DNA from: Azolla caroliniana
Lineage: Eukaryota; Plantae; Polypodiophyta
Length of the DNA stretch: 64,000 bases
NCBI GenBank assembly: GCA_043228905.1
Contig: JBHGNT010000014.1
Location: 6,634,001 to 6,698,000 of the forward strand
Direction: 5' to 3'
Shown: positions 35,636-48,434 of the stretch, in pieces
Position numbering within the stretch: the first letter of the stretch is position 1
How the letters are laid out: every line of letters begins with the position of its first letter
Notes under the pieces: model-generated
What the model was told of the DNA's origin: nothing
The model's input: the letters and a program-made list of their open reading frames with translations, nothing else
Databases searched by the model: none
Program-made: the position numbers and the translations under genes

Positions 35636-38600
35636 TGTTATTCCTTAGGGCTGGACAACAGCCTAACACAGGGTGTCCACTTAAGACACTTCACCCAAGG
35701 GTGTTACGACGAGATAACTTATGACACAACGCTTAATTAGACCTTAATCGGTTACTTAGCAATACATCATTAACATGCATAAGATATACAATAAGCATAG
35801 AACGGTGAACAATACTCAATGATTAAACAAAAGGTTTTATATTACTCTCCGTCAATGACTACATTATAACCGGGCCTTTATATAGGTCACCGGTGCGAAG
35901 TACAAAACGGCGCCAATGAGCACCTTTTCGGGATCGGTCCGGATCCGGATCGGCATACCGATTCCGGTCCTTCCGTCCACATCTTCTCATATATTAATAT
36001 ATTAAGATTAGTAATTACAATAGATTCCTAAATAACAATTCCCCTTTTCACACCCTAGTCTTTGCCGGCCGGCCCGTGGGACAATACCTTGTACGTTGAA
36101 TCCCACACCGGCCCCTTACTCTTCATTCAAGATATCCAGGATGCTTTGCTCCAGGGTCTCGAGTGGTTCTACGGGAATCTGTTGTGGTTGTTGTTGTTGT
36201 TGTTGATGCTGCTGCGGCTGCTCCAATGGTGTTTGGGGTTGCTTCTCTTTTTGTGGCTCCGACTCTAGCTGCGGCTCGGATGGTTACTCTGGCTCCAGCG
36301 TTTCCTTCGTTGTTTCCTCCATCGGAGTTGTCTCTGGTTGACTTACCCCGGCCTGGTCTCCGTCTGGTCCTTGTACCGACGACGGTTCCTCATCATTGAG
36401 GTTTACCATTGCCGCCTGCCTTGCTTTTTCTTCCCTAAGCCGGGACCGCTCATAACTCTCAAACTGGATTTGAGCATCCATCCGATCGTTGTCCAGTTGA
36501 GCTATGAGTTGTCAGACTTGCACCAATTGCTCATCCGCCAGAGTTGTGAAATCTTCTGCTAGCTCATCCTTTATGGTAGTGAAGTCCTCTGATGTGAGCA
36601 TGTAACAGTCGTCACCTTCCTTCCGTCGGTTTTCGGCGTCCGCCTTGAGCAACTGGAATTCAGCTGTATTCTACGCCCACTTCGTCCACCATTGCACATA
36701 ACTCTCGTCAATCAAGCGTTTGGTCTTGTTGAGCCATGCCCGGAGGATGCACTGTATCCATTCGGTTCCCATCTGTGATTTGTTCTCCGCAGCTTGTCGC
36801 TCCTCTTTCAATTGCTTGATGATTCTGACCGTGTCCGCCTCCTGCTCCCTATAATGCGACAATTGACTTTGATAGGTTTTTTGGAGCCTCTGTAACACCA
36901 TCGTCGCCCTTTCCTTTTCTTCATGGTTCTGCTTGTGGAGCTCCATCCGGTCCCTCACCGCTGCCTCCAATAGCTTTGTATTCTCAGCTCGTTCGTCGGC
37001 GAGTGCCGTTGTGGCCCTATCAACTTCCTACCGGAGCTCGGCCATCCTTTCCTGCTGTTGCTTATACTCCGTGTCTAAGCTCTTAAAGTTCCGGTGCAGG
37101 TGGTCGAAGTCCTCTGTCTTCTGCTTCAGCCTCTAGTTGATTTGCCGGCGAGCGCGGTCTTCCCGGTCCTTTTGTTGACGGAGTTCTTCTTTCAGCCTTT
37201 CTATTTCCGTTTCGGCCATCCGTCGCAGCTTGTCCTTCTCCTACAACAAGTTTTCTTTTTCCTCCTTTAGCCGGTCGTAAGCTTGATGCCCTTTCCGCAG
37301 ATTTTCTTCTGCTCGGCGGAGGTTTTCAGCAGTTTTTCTTAAGTCCTCTTCTGCCACGTTCTTCAAATCTTGTTCGCGGCTCCATAGTGCTTCTTGTGTG
37401 GCAAGTTCGTCCCTTAATTCAGCTAGCTCTTGGGCTTGCGCCGCATCTTTCTCCGGGACAGTTTCTGTCTCCGGAGTCTTATTTGTATGTACATTCATCG
37501 GAGTCACCGGTGCTTGGATCTGTGTTGCGGTTAAGGCCATTTTGGCCATGTCTTCTGTGACCCGATCCAAGTCTTGTTCGAGGAACCGGATCCTTGACCG
37601 GGCCGTCTCTAGTTTATCGGTTGTGACTAGCAACCGTTCCATCTGCGCTCGTTCTTCCGCCTCTACATACAGTATCACTCTGGCAACTTGCTCTCCTATC
37701 CACCGGAGCCATTGGTTGCCAGTGCCCTGTTGTTGCGTCTGCATGGAGGGTTGGCTGATGGGTTCACTTGTTGGTGGCTGGTCCCGCCTTACTGTGTCAA
37801 GCTGCAATTCCGGCTCTGCCTGCTGACCACTTTGCCGTTCAGGTTCCGGCTGTGTTTCGGTTGGCCGCACTTGTTCTGCTTGTTCTTGGCCCCTTGAGGA
37901 AGGTGGCACCTGCATTACCCGCACTTGCCTTTCGGGGCTCGTCGTTCCCTGACCCGCCGGTATTGCTTGTTGTGCAGGGGCTTCTGAGACCGGTTCCATC
38001 CGAACCGGTTCCGGTTCCTTCCTTGGCGTGGGCTTCTCAGTGTGGGGTAAAGCTGTTCCATCCTTCTGTGGGTCCGAATGCTTCCCGGCTGATTCTGCGG
38101 TGCTCTTCACCGGCCGCCGCTGGAGGTGCTCCGTAGGTTCTTCCTCCATTTCCTCCTCCTGAGTCCTGGCATTCATTCTTGCCGCCAGGGTGTCCGTTTC
38201 TTGCTGCACCGGTCGGTGGAGTGTGCTGTTCAGGGGCCGTGCCGGTATCTCCTTGCGCGTCTCCGTCGGCTGCTTCCGGATGGCGCGCTCCTTCGCCGCC
38301 TGCTCCGTGTCGGCTGTCTTCCCCTTAGTGGTCTTGGTGGCCAACAACTGTTGTCATTTTGAAGCAGCTCTCGGGGTGCCGTCCGGTACTCTTCCCCGCT
38401 TCTTGGTCTGGACGGGCTCGACCGGTGGCGCTAGTAGGGTGAGCCATTGCGCCACCGCATGCCATATTTTCCAGCCTTCATTGGCTTCCTTATCTCTTAC
38501 GGTGTCAATAGCCGCACATAATCCGTCGGTGATCAGCACCGGCCAATCCACCTTGACCCCTTCGTATGTTGCGATGATCAAGCATGCTCGGTTCTGAGGC

Positions 38601-41600
38601 ATAACGGGGGGTCAAGGGTATACGTGGCCGAACTCATGGAGTACATGGGCAATTTCTCGGAATAACATATCTTTTCCGCCCTGTATCCTGTAGCCCTTGC
38701 TGGCTAGAGAATACTCGCCGAAGTATTTGATGAGTCATTCGGATGTAGGGTTCTCAATAGTATAGATGCCCCCCTCCGGAAGGCCTGTTAGTGCCCGGAT
38801 CGCTTCCTCCGTGATCAGCTCGGTGCCAATGTCTTTGATGATCTTGTCAGCTTCTCTGTGTGGTGGTGCATCCATGATTGTGAGGAACCCCTCCAGTCCA
38901 TGTTGTCATAGCCATTTCTTGGCGGTTTCAGAGAGTGTCTGGCAGTCCATATCTGCGTCGAGATCGGAAAGCGTTGGAGAGGGCTGTGTATGGGGAAGCT
39001 ATGTGTGAGGAAGCTCTATGTGTGTTGGCTCTCTTCTGATGATCTTCAAGCGCCTATGTGCGTCTGTGCTCCTTGGTTCGCGAAAGAAGGTCTCGATGCG
39101 GGGGCCGTTTTCTCTCTGCATCTTGGCGCCTTTTTCGAGCCTACGCATGTGCAGGTCGTGTACTATAATAGCATTACGTGCCATGTGGCGGTGGTTTAAT
39201 GCCCTATTCATAGCCTCCTCGTACCTTTTCGAAGTGCCTCTTTACTCCTCATTTGCATGGCCGTTCCCACCACTCCTTTCCATGATTTCTTTGATTCGTG
39301 TCGATTTTGTTTATTTTATTTTTTTATTTATATGATTATTAGGTTAATTCGCCTTCGGTCCTACTACACCCTTACCTGAATGAGGAATCTTGCTGGCCTC
39401 GTGACAACTTGCGTCCTCTTATCCAACCCATGTGCCGGCTCTTTGTCCCCCTTACCAGCTTCATTGTTGCCGATTGCTAATCGGGTTGCCGTTGTTTCCG
39501 GTATTCCGGTATCTAGTTCGGCATCGGCCTTTCCTTGTTCAAATGGGTTCCTCGGCATGGGTCCCTTGTATGGCTTTAGTTGAAATCCGTTGATCCACTT
39601 ACCCAGGACTTTGCCGGCAAGTGTCCCTAACTGGTAGGATCCATTGAACTCGCGTGTGATCCAGTACGGTCCGGTCCACCGAAACTGTAGTTTCTCTGGC
39701 ATCTTTCCCATCCGGGTTTGGAACACTAGTACCGGCTTGCCGATTCCAAACATCTTTTCATTTCCTTTCCGGTGGCGATCCACAAACGCCTTTCTTCGCC
39801 GCTGCTCCAGTTCTAGGTGCATGATACTCGCTAATCGGTGTTCTTCTAGTTCACACAAAGCTGCTAACCAAATTGCCTCCGATTCCTTTTTGTTTAACCG
39901 TTCCCTAATCTGAATCTGTAAGCTCGAGACCTGGAACTCTACCGGCATCATGCCCTCTAACCCGAATGCCAGCCAGAATGGTGTGGTTTGGATGCTTGTT
40001 TTGTAGGCTGTCCGGTAAGCCCAGAGTGCGTTGTGCAGTTTCGTATCTCAGTCTGTCCAGTTTTCGTTGACGATTTTCCGAAGGATATTCTGTATCGTTT
40101 TGTTTGTCGACTCGGCTAACTCGTTTGCTTGCGGATAGTATGGCGTGCTCCATTTATGCACCACGACATAGAACGACATCAAGCTTTCCACCACTTGGCC
40201 GAGGAAGTGCCCTCCTTGGTCACTTATTAGCTCGATCGGGCATCCATACCTACACCAGATGTATTCATACAAGAATTTCGGCGTCGACGCTGCGGTGTTG
40301 TCGCGCAAGGCTTTGGCTTCTACCCATTTCGTGCAGTAATCCGTTGCGACAATTACATACCGGTTGCCGGTTCTCATCGCCGATGGTTTGAATGGACCCA
40401 CAAAATCCAGCCCCCATTTCTGAAATGGTTCTAGCGGCAATACCAGTTGGTACGGCATCCTAGCTTGTTTGGTTGGATGGCCCATTCGCTGACATAGATC
40501 ACATTCTTTAGCATACCGGACCGCGTCTTTCAATGTTGTCGGCCACCATAGGCCACTCTGCCATATCTTCCTTGCCGTAGCATCTCCGGCGTAATGGCCT
40601 CCGGCGACTCCGCAGTGTGATTCTCGTAGTATTATATCCTTCTCGTCGATGCGCACCGCCCATCGCCATATACCGTCTGCGCCTTTGTGGTATAGCGTGT
40701 CTTGTAATAAACAGAAGTGCCGGCTTTGTACCGCCATTCGTTTCCTCTCGTCCCGGTTCATCTTGTCCGGAGGCAATCCGGTGCTCAGAAATTGTTGCAT
40801 ATTCGTTAGCCATTTATCTTCTTGTGCCACTGTTTCATCTGTTGTTGTTTCTGCGGTGACTCGAAATAGCTCAACATCCGGAAACTCGTCCGGAACTCCA
40901 TCTCCAGTCTCACCGGAATCTAACCGGCTCAAATAGTCTGCTACTGCGTGCTGTATGCCGGGTCGGTGGAATATTTCGAACTCAAATTCCTGCAACAGTA
41001 ACGTCCACCGTGCCAACTTACCAGTTAGTGACGCTTTGGAAACTAAATAGGGGAGTGCCGAATGATCTACGTGGAAGGAAAATTTCCTTCCCAACAAATA
41101 ATGTCTGAATTTTGTCACGTTGTAGATCATGCCCAAAGCTTCCATTTCCGTGGTGGAATAATTTCGTTTGGCTTGGGATAACTTTCGGCTTGCGTAATAT
41201 ACGGGCCGGTACCACCTTGGCTCCGTAAGTTGCATCAGTGCACTTCCGATTGCAATGTCGGACGCATCCACGAACACATGAAACTCCTTAGCCCAATCCG
41301 GGGGTTGCACTACCGGCGCTTGCGACAATAGTACTTTGAGTGCCCGGTACGCCTTGTCTTCGGTGTCTGTCCACTGGAACGGTGTTCAGTGTACCGCAAC
41401 ATGCAGTGGTGTAGCTAGGTCAACCAGATACCGGAGCATTCGTCTATGCCACCAGATTTGGCCTAAGAAATGGCTTAATGCTTTGGCCGTTGTTGGTGCC
41501 GGTGTCTCCAAGATTGCTTTTACTTTGTCCGGGTCCACGACAATTCCTTCCTTGCTCACAATGTGTCCTAATAGCGCCCCGCTTGACACTCCGAATACAC

Positions 41601-44600
41601 ACTTTGCCGTATTCAAACTTAGCCGGTAAGCCCGACATTTCTCTAAACACAGTCGGAGGTGTTGAAAGTGATCTCCGTCCCGGCTATAGACGGCGAAGTC
41701 ATCCAAACACACCTGCATAAATGCCGGTATAAATTCTCCGAATATTTCCATGATGATCCTCTGGAACGTTGCCGGCGCCGTTTTTAGTCCGAACATCATC
41801 ACTATGGCAACAAACACTCCCCATTCAGTGACGAAAGTTGTTTTCTCCTGGTCATCGGGGTGCATCCGGATCTAGTTGTATCCGTTGAATCCGTCAAAGA
41901 AACTGTATACCTCATGGCCGGCGACTGCGTCCAAAACTCCATCCGTAAATGGGAGTGGGAATGCATCTCTTACCGTCGCCACATTGGTATGACTACTATC
42001 GGGCTCAACCATGTAGAGTTCTTTACTGGGCGGATAAAGCCAACCCTCAACTACTTGTCGATTTCCTCCTTGACTTTGGCGGCGTAATTTGGATTCATCC
42101 GGTACCGCTACTGTGCTACCAGTTTGGTGTCTTTGCTCAAATGTATTTGATGCTGATATAGCTGAGAATCGAGCCCTCACATATCCTCGTAAGACCAGGC
42201 AAACACGTCCCGAAATTCCTTGAGAAGCGTAATCATCGCCGTTTTGTTTTCCGGAGTCATTTCCTTGGCAATGTGCACCGGTCTCGCCTCTTCAGTAGTT
42301 CCTAGATTTACCCCCTTCTGTAGTTCCTAGATTTAACCCGTTGCGAGACGACCATTTCTCTTTACAGCGCCTCCTGTGCTTGCCATAGCTCCCGAATCAC
42401 TTCTTTATTTGGTTCCTCGTCGACTCCGTCCAGTGGCAGTATGTATGGTGATACAGCTTCGGCTACATTGATTTCGAATAGAGGTACGATCTTCGGATAA
42501 TCTTGCAAGTATTGATCTACCTCTTCGTCTGCTAATCCGTCTAGCATATTGACGCATTCGGCATATAGGGGTGTCAATTCCTTCCCGGTACCCGTCCGTG
42601 GTTGTGTCGGTACCCGTACTTTTGCTTTTCCCCGTCGGAAGGTGATTATATTCTTCCTCCAGTTTTGTTTAATGTGCGTTGTTTTCAACCACGGCCGCCC
42701 CAACAATAGTGGATAAGATCCTTGTGCCTGTAGTTGTAGCACTACTGCCGAAATGCAAAATGTGTGGCCGCCGATCGTTACTTCCAAATCTCGTATCAAG
42801 CCGGTCGGTCGCACTGAGCTTGTATCCGCCATCCACAGCCAGAACGGGCATGGTTCCCACTCTTGGATTCCCAAAGTTTTGCACGTTTGGAGGCTAATCA
42901 CATTGACGCCGGATCCTCCATCTATTAATGTTCCGGGTAACTCCTGTCCCTTCATGATGGCTGTGATTGCCAGACTGTTTGTGTCTACTACCGCCGGTCC
43001 CTCCTCCGGATTTGAGAAGAATGTTGGAGCCAGTGGTGTTTCTCCTACCGTCATGCCTGTCTTGAGTCCTTCTGTGAATCTAGGCACTAGCTGCAGGAGC
43101 CGTCCTAATGGCAGCGTGATTTGGCATTCCTGTAGTGCCTGCCATGTCGCATTTTCGGGCTGACTGTCGCCGGCAAGCTCTTCGGTATTTTCCTTTTGCT
43201 GCGCAAGCTCTCCCATGTTTTGCGCATTCACCTTTTTTACCCATTCCATTGCCTGCTTGCAGATGGCCTCTTGCGCCTCCCATTCCGTCGCCTTACCCTG
43301 TTGCAGGTCTGCAGGTCTGCAACTTCGGCGACTACCATGTTTTCGCCGCCGGTCGTTTATCATAGCTCTTTGCCGGGTATTGATTACTATAATGTCCTTC
43401 TTGTCGGCAATAGTAGCAATATGCTTTCCGGGTAGTGCTGGATTCGGCGTTGTTTCCTGTCCCCGGTGGAGGACCTCTGGTAACGGCAAGGCTTTGATCT
43501 GGTTGGCTGCTTGAGGCGCCCTTCTCCGGTTCCCGTAGGTGACCCCTTTTCTTGAAATAGCGTTTCTTTTTGTTCCGATACTCTTGCGGGGCTGCTCATC
43601 ATGTCTGCCGTAGGTTTCCCGTCGTTGGTTGTAACCGAGGGATTGGTCCCGATTGTATCTTTCATACCATCCATTATAATCCCGGTACCGATCATATCTA
43701 TCGTACCGGTCAAGGTTGTCCCTATACCGGACATCCTGTGCCGATCGGTATCGCTCTTCTCGCCTCCAACGTTCTTCTTCCTCCTCCTTGGTAGTCCGTG
43801 GTTCGATTTGCCAAACCGGTGGTGCTTGGCCATTCAACAAATTGTACTCGCACTGCTCCATTGTGTGGTTCCTGGAATGGCACAGTAGACATTGCGACCG
43901 CATGGTACATTCTAGTGCTGAGTGTCCGGCATTTAGGCATGTTGTGCATTGAATGTCCTGTCGAAACCGGAGATCCTCATCGGTTGGTAACGCTCGTTGA
44001 AGTGCTCCCGTTGTTAGCCAAGACCTTGTTTTCTCCATTTCTCTAACCCGGTCGATGATTTTGTCGACGATACTTGTGCGAAAGTCGATGACCATGCATA
44101 CCGTTCGTAGAGGTTCCTGGAGGTGTGGCTAAGAATATAGCCCGTGTTTCTTCCTCCGGAGGTGTTCGGGTAAGCTGACTGTGCATCCGTTGAAACCAGA
44201 TAACAAATTGTGGAATGCTCTCCCCAGGGTCCTATCGGATGGTATAAAATAGGCCCACCATTTCTCTCTGGTCCACCTCCTTCTGAAAGAAGTGCAAGAA
44301 TTTAGTTTTCAAGTCCGCAAAGGTGGTGATGGTGCTGGGGTCCTGCGTCCGGTGCCATCTGGCGGCCGGTCCTTCCAATGTCACGCCGAATTCAGCTATC
44401 TTAGATCGTTCCTCTTCGGTTGCGGTTAACCCTTGTGACACGTGGTTCGCCTCCCATGTTTGTTGAAAAGCTTGAACATGAGCCTCCGCGTCCGGGCCAT
44501 CCCTATACTTGGGGTAATGGAATGGCATGTCGTCGTCTGGTGTCGGTGCGCGGGCTGGCGGTGTCGGTAGTCTTTCCCCCTCTTCCGTTGGCGTCGGGGG

Positions 44601-45661
44601 TCTTTGTTCCTCCTTCAATGTTGCCGGCTTCTCCTCCTTGACTTCCTGTGTGGAAGGTCTTTGTTGATCCTCCTGCGGTGTTGTAGGCTCGACTTCCGGT
44701 GTCAGAGGTCTTTCTTTGTCCTCTTCCGTCTCCAGAGGTTGCTCCACGTCTAGTGTCGGAGGTTCCCGATCTGACACTTCTGGTTCCGGTGTCAGTATTG
44801 TATCCGACTCCTCGTCCTCCGGTCCTCCTGGGGTGTCGTTACTGTTGCGATAGTTCGTGTGCGCGCTGTAACCCCCTTTCGAATCCGATTCCAGCGCCGA
44901 AAACGCTTTGGATTCTCCGTCTCTTCTAGCCAAGCCCTAGAGAAGGGATTCCGCATCCCGGAGGCTGCTTAAGCTGCTTCCTTCGTCCGGGTAAGCGTTT
45001 TGTTGCAGACGGTGCGACTCCTCCGCCACTTTCCGGATCACTTTGGAAAATGATCAATCCGATCAGATTTCTTCCGCCGTTTGCTGGAAAGCCTCTCACC
45101 GCCTTCGCCGTTCAACAAGTCTTCGTGCTCTCTCCGTAACCGGGTCATCTGGTGGCCTAGTCATCCATTCCCGTCGTTGTTCACTGCGATTGTGCAGGAA
45201 TCGTGGTCGCCAAAAACTTTGTTATTCCTTAGGGCCGGACAACAGCCTAACACAGGGTGTCCACTTAGACACTTCACCAAAGGGTGTTACGGCGAGATAA
45301 TTTACGACACAACGCTTAATTGGACCTTAATCGGTTACTTAGCAATACATCATTAACACGTGTAAGATATACAATAAGCACAGAACGGTGAACAATACTC
45401 AATGATTAAACAAAAGGTTTTATATTACTCTCCGTCAATGACTACATTATAACCGAGCCTTTATATAGGTCACCGGTGCGAAGTACAAAATGGCGCCAAC
45501 CGGCACCTTTTCGGGATCGGTCTGGATCCGGATCGGCATACCGATTCTGGTTCGTCCGTCCACATCTTCTCATATATTAATATATTAAGATTAGTAATTA
45601 CAATAGATTCCTAAATAACAATTCCCCTTTTCACACCCTGGTCTTTGCCGACCGGGTAACA
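35636..45661 (-). mobile_element. Athila-like non-chromovirus Ty3/Gypsy with a 3' extra ORF
   Basis: LTRs 45220-45661 and 35636-36072; TSD GAAAT (35631-35635/45662-45666); PBS TGGCGACCAC (tRNA-Arg-like) 45212-45203; gag, LIDGGSGVN protease, CLDDF RT, RH-INT 41328-39364; scattered stops. Confidence 0.93.
36284..39283 (-). pseudogene. Disrupted extra ORF downstream of pol (globular domain, low-complexity linker, long coiled coil)
   Basis: Successive minus-strand ORF pieces 39211-38999, 38602-38354, 38347-37241, 36970-36671 and 36481-36284 separated by single stops or frameshifts; in-frame ATG at 39283. Confidence 0.7.
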
Positions 45662-48434
45662 GAAATGTCACCTAGAGTATGATGGTCATGATTCTGCCCA
45701 TCATCATCATCGACTGCATCATCAACCGTATCATCATACTCCTCGGTATCTCCCGCACGAACTGTAGTGTTTGGGGCAAGCATTGTGTGTTTGGTGACTG
45801 AAAAATCAGGGGTGAGATCTGGCATTTCATTCGGCTCCGGATCTTGTAAGGTCTGATCCTCAAGGAATACCACATCCCTGCGTCTAATGACCTTCTTCTC
45901 TACTGGGTTATAAAGTCTATAGCCGAATTCCTCATGGTCGTATCCCAAGAATATGCATGGTTTGCATTTGTCATCAAACTTGGATCTTTCATCTTTTGGG
46001 ATGTGAACGTGCGTCCTACAACCAAACACTCACAAGTGTTTGTATGCCACATCTTTACCTGTCCAAACCCTCTCGGGAACATCACTATCCAAGGGGGCTG
46101 ACGGAGACCGGTTTATGAAGTCAATTGCAATCCTCTTTGCTTCACCCCAAAAGGATTTAGGCAATTTTGAGTGGGATAACATACATCTTATCCACTAACA
46201 AATTGTCCTATTCGTTCTCTCAACCACACCATTGTGCTGAGATGTATTCGGGACACTTCTCACTAGTCTAATACCATGCTCACGACAATATTCCTCAAAT
46301 CATCCCTGATATTCACCGCCGTTATCGGCACGGATACATTTTAGCTTTCTTCCAGTTTCTCTTTCCACACTTACATGAAAGTTCCTAAAGATTTCAAACA
46401 CTTGATCTTTAGTCTTTAATGCAAAGCACCACAACTTCCTCGAGAAGTCATTGATAAATGTGGCAAAGTACAATGCTCCCCCAAGAGTTCTATCTTTCAT
46501 ATAGCACAAGTCTGTGTGCACCAATTCCAATGGCTGAAATTTTCTTTTGGGGGGTAGATGTTGAAAGGCAACTCTGTGTTGTTTGCCGGCCAAGCAGTCA
46601 ACACAAGTTTCCAAGTGCATACCTTTTATGTCTGGTAGGATGTTCTTCCTTACTAAACATCGAGTCCCTTTTGACTCATGTGCCCAAGTCTCTTATGCCA
46701 TAGATCAATCAAGGCATCCTTGTTGGCTACATTTACCTCTCTGCCGGACACCACAACATGAAGTACATAGAGGGAATTCTGTTTTAGACGTTTTGCTAAT
46801 ACTAGAGAGCCTTTGATGAGCTTCCATTTTCCTTCACCAAAGGAATTTGTGTAACCCTCATCATCAAGCTTACCGGCTGAAATAATATTCAGCCGAATGT
46901 TTGGTACATGCCTAACATATTTTAATACTAGTTTGCAACCCATGTCCGTGGTCATAATTATATTTCCTATGCCAACAACCTCAGTCACGTCGTGGTTAGC
47001 CATTTTGACTTTACCAAAGTCACCACCGGCATATGACAAGAACATATGTGGTACGAGGGTCCCAAATCGATAATCCATTTGGTTTCTTGGGATGCTAAAC
47101 TGACACAAGCATCATCACACACGATGATGATATCACCATCACATGAGGCTATCGTGGAATCATTTTTCTTGTTGTCAGTAGTTCCACTCTTTTGGTCCCT
47201 CTTTTTCTTCCTATAATCTCTTTCATAGTGGTTTAGACCACCACAATAATGACACGTGAAGTCTTTCTTAGAGTCTTTCCTATTTCTAGATTTAGACCTC
47301 CCCTTATAATTATTTCTATGATTTTGTGGACCCTTAGCATGGTTTCTTCATCTAGAGGAGTTGTTTTCTATGACTAAGGCTTTATGGTCAAAGTTGGACT
47401 CATGCTCCTTTCGTCGTGCTTCTTCATGTAGAAGACTTGACTTAAGCATGCCCAATGTTAGGTCCTTTTGTTGCGTTGTAGTCCCAAGCGTTACAACAAG
47501 GGTTTCCCAACTATCTAGGAGAGAGCCTAACAATAACAAGGTCAACACCTCATTTGCTAGAGGTATATTAGAGAGACTGTTTGACTTATTAGTCCTTGAA
47601 ACGTATTAAGATGCTCTGCCATACTAGCGCCATCTTGATACCTAAGTCTTACAAGTTTCCCAAATATTTGGGAGAGAGCCTAACAATAACAAGGTCAACA
47701 CCTCATTTTCTAGAGGTATATCTAGAGAGACAGTTTGACTTATCAGTCCTTGAAATGTATTAAGATGATCTGCCATACTAGAGCCATCTTGATACCTAAG
47801 TCTTACAAGTTTCCTAAACGCGGAGACTCTATTCAAAGCATTTTTGGTCTAAAACATACTCTCAATTTTTCTCCATAACTCGTTTGCTTTGGTTTCATCA
47901 CAGAAATTGTTATATAGAATCATGTCTATGAAACATCGGATGTATGCAGATGTCTTTAGATGCATGGCATCCCAAGTTAATGTATCTATGTTCTCGGGTT
48001 TGCTCGTACCATGTAGTACGGGCAACCACATGTCCTTAGATACCAACATGTCCCTCATTAGATACCATCATGTCCCTCATTCTGGACTTCCAAATGGGGT
48101 AGTTGGATCCCGTCAGTTTAATCATCCCACCTAATGATTCATCCATATTCCAAGTCTTTGCGGAGGGTATGAACCTTAGCTCTGATACCACTTGTTAGGA
48201 ATATGGATCTGAATTGGCATGATTTGGACTACCAACTCAATCAAGACAAATTAAACAATAGCTGAAACCACAAGACAAAAAATGAGAGTACACCAAAAAA
48301 TTTAACGTGGAAAACCCAAAATAGGGAAAAACCGCGAAACCCCTTCGGGTTCAAAACAAGTTTACTATTTTTCTTATTACAAACGAATACAACCTCTCTA
48401 GCTTTGACTAGAGGTATGTATATGCTAAGGCAGT

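Noticed and set aside
35880-45200. Apparent CCGG richness of the Athila-like element
   Set aside because: Not quantified; may reflect GC content and context-dependent methylation decay
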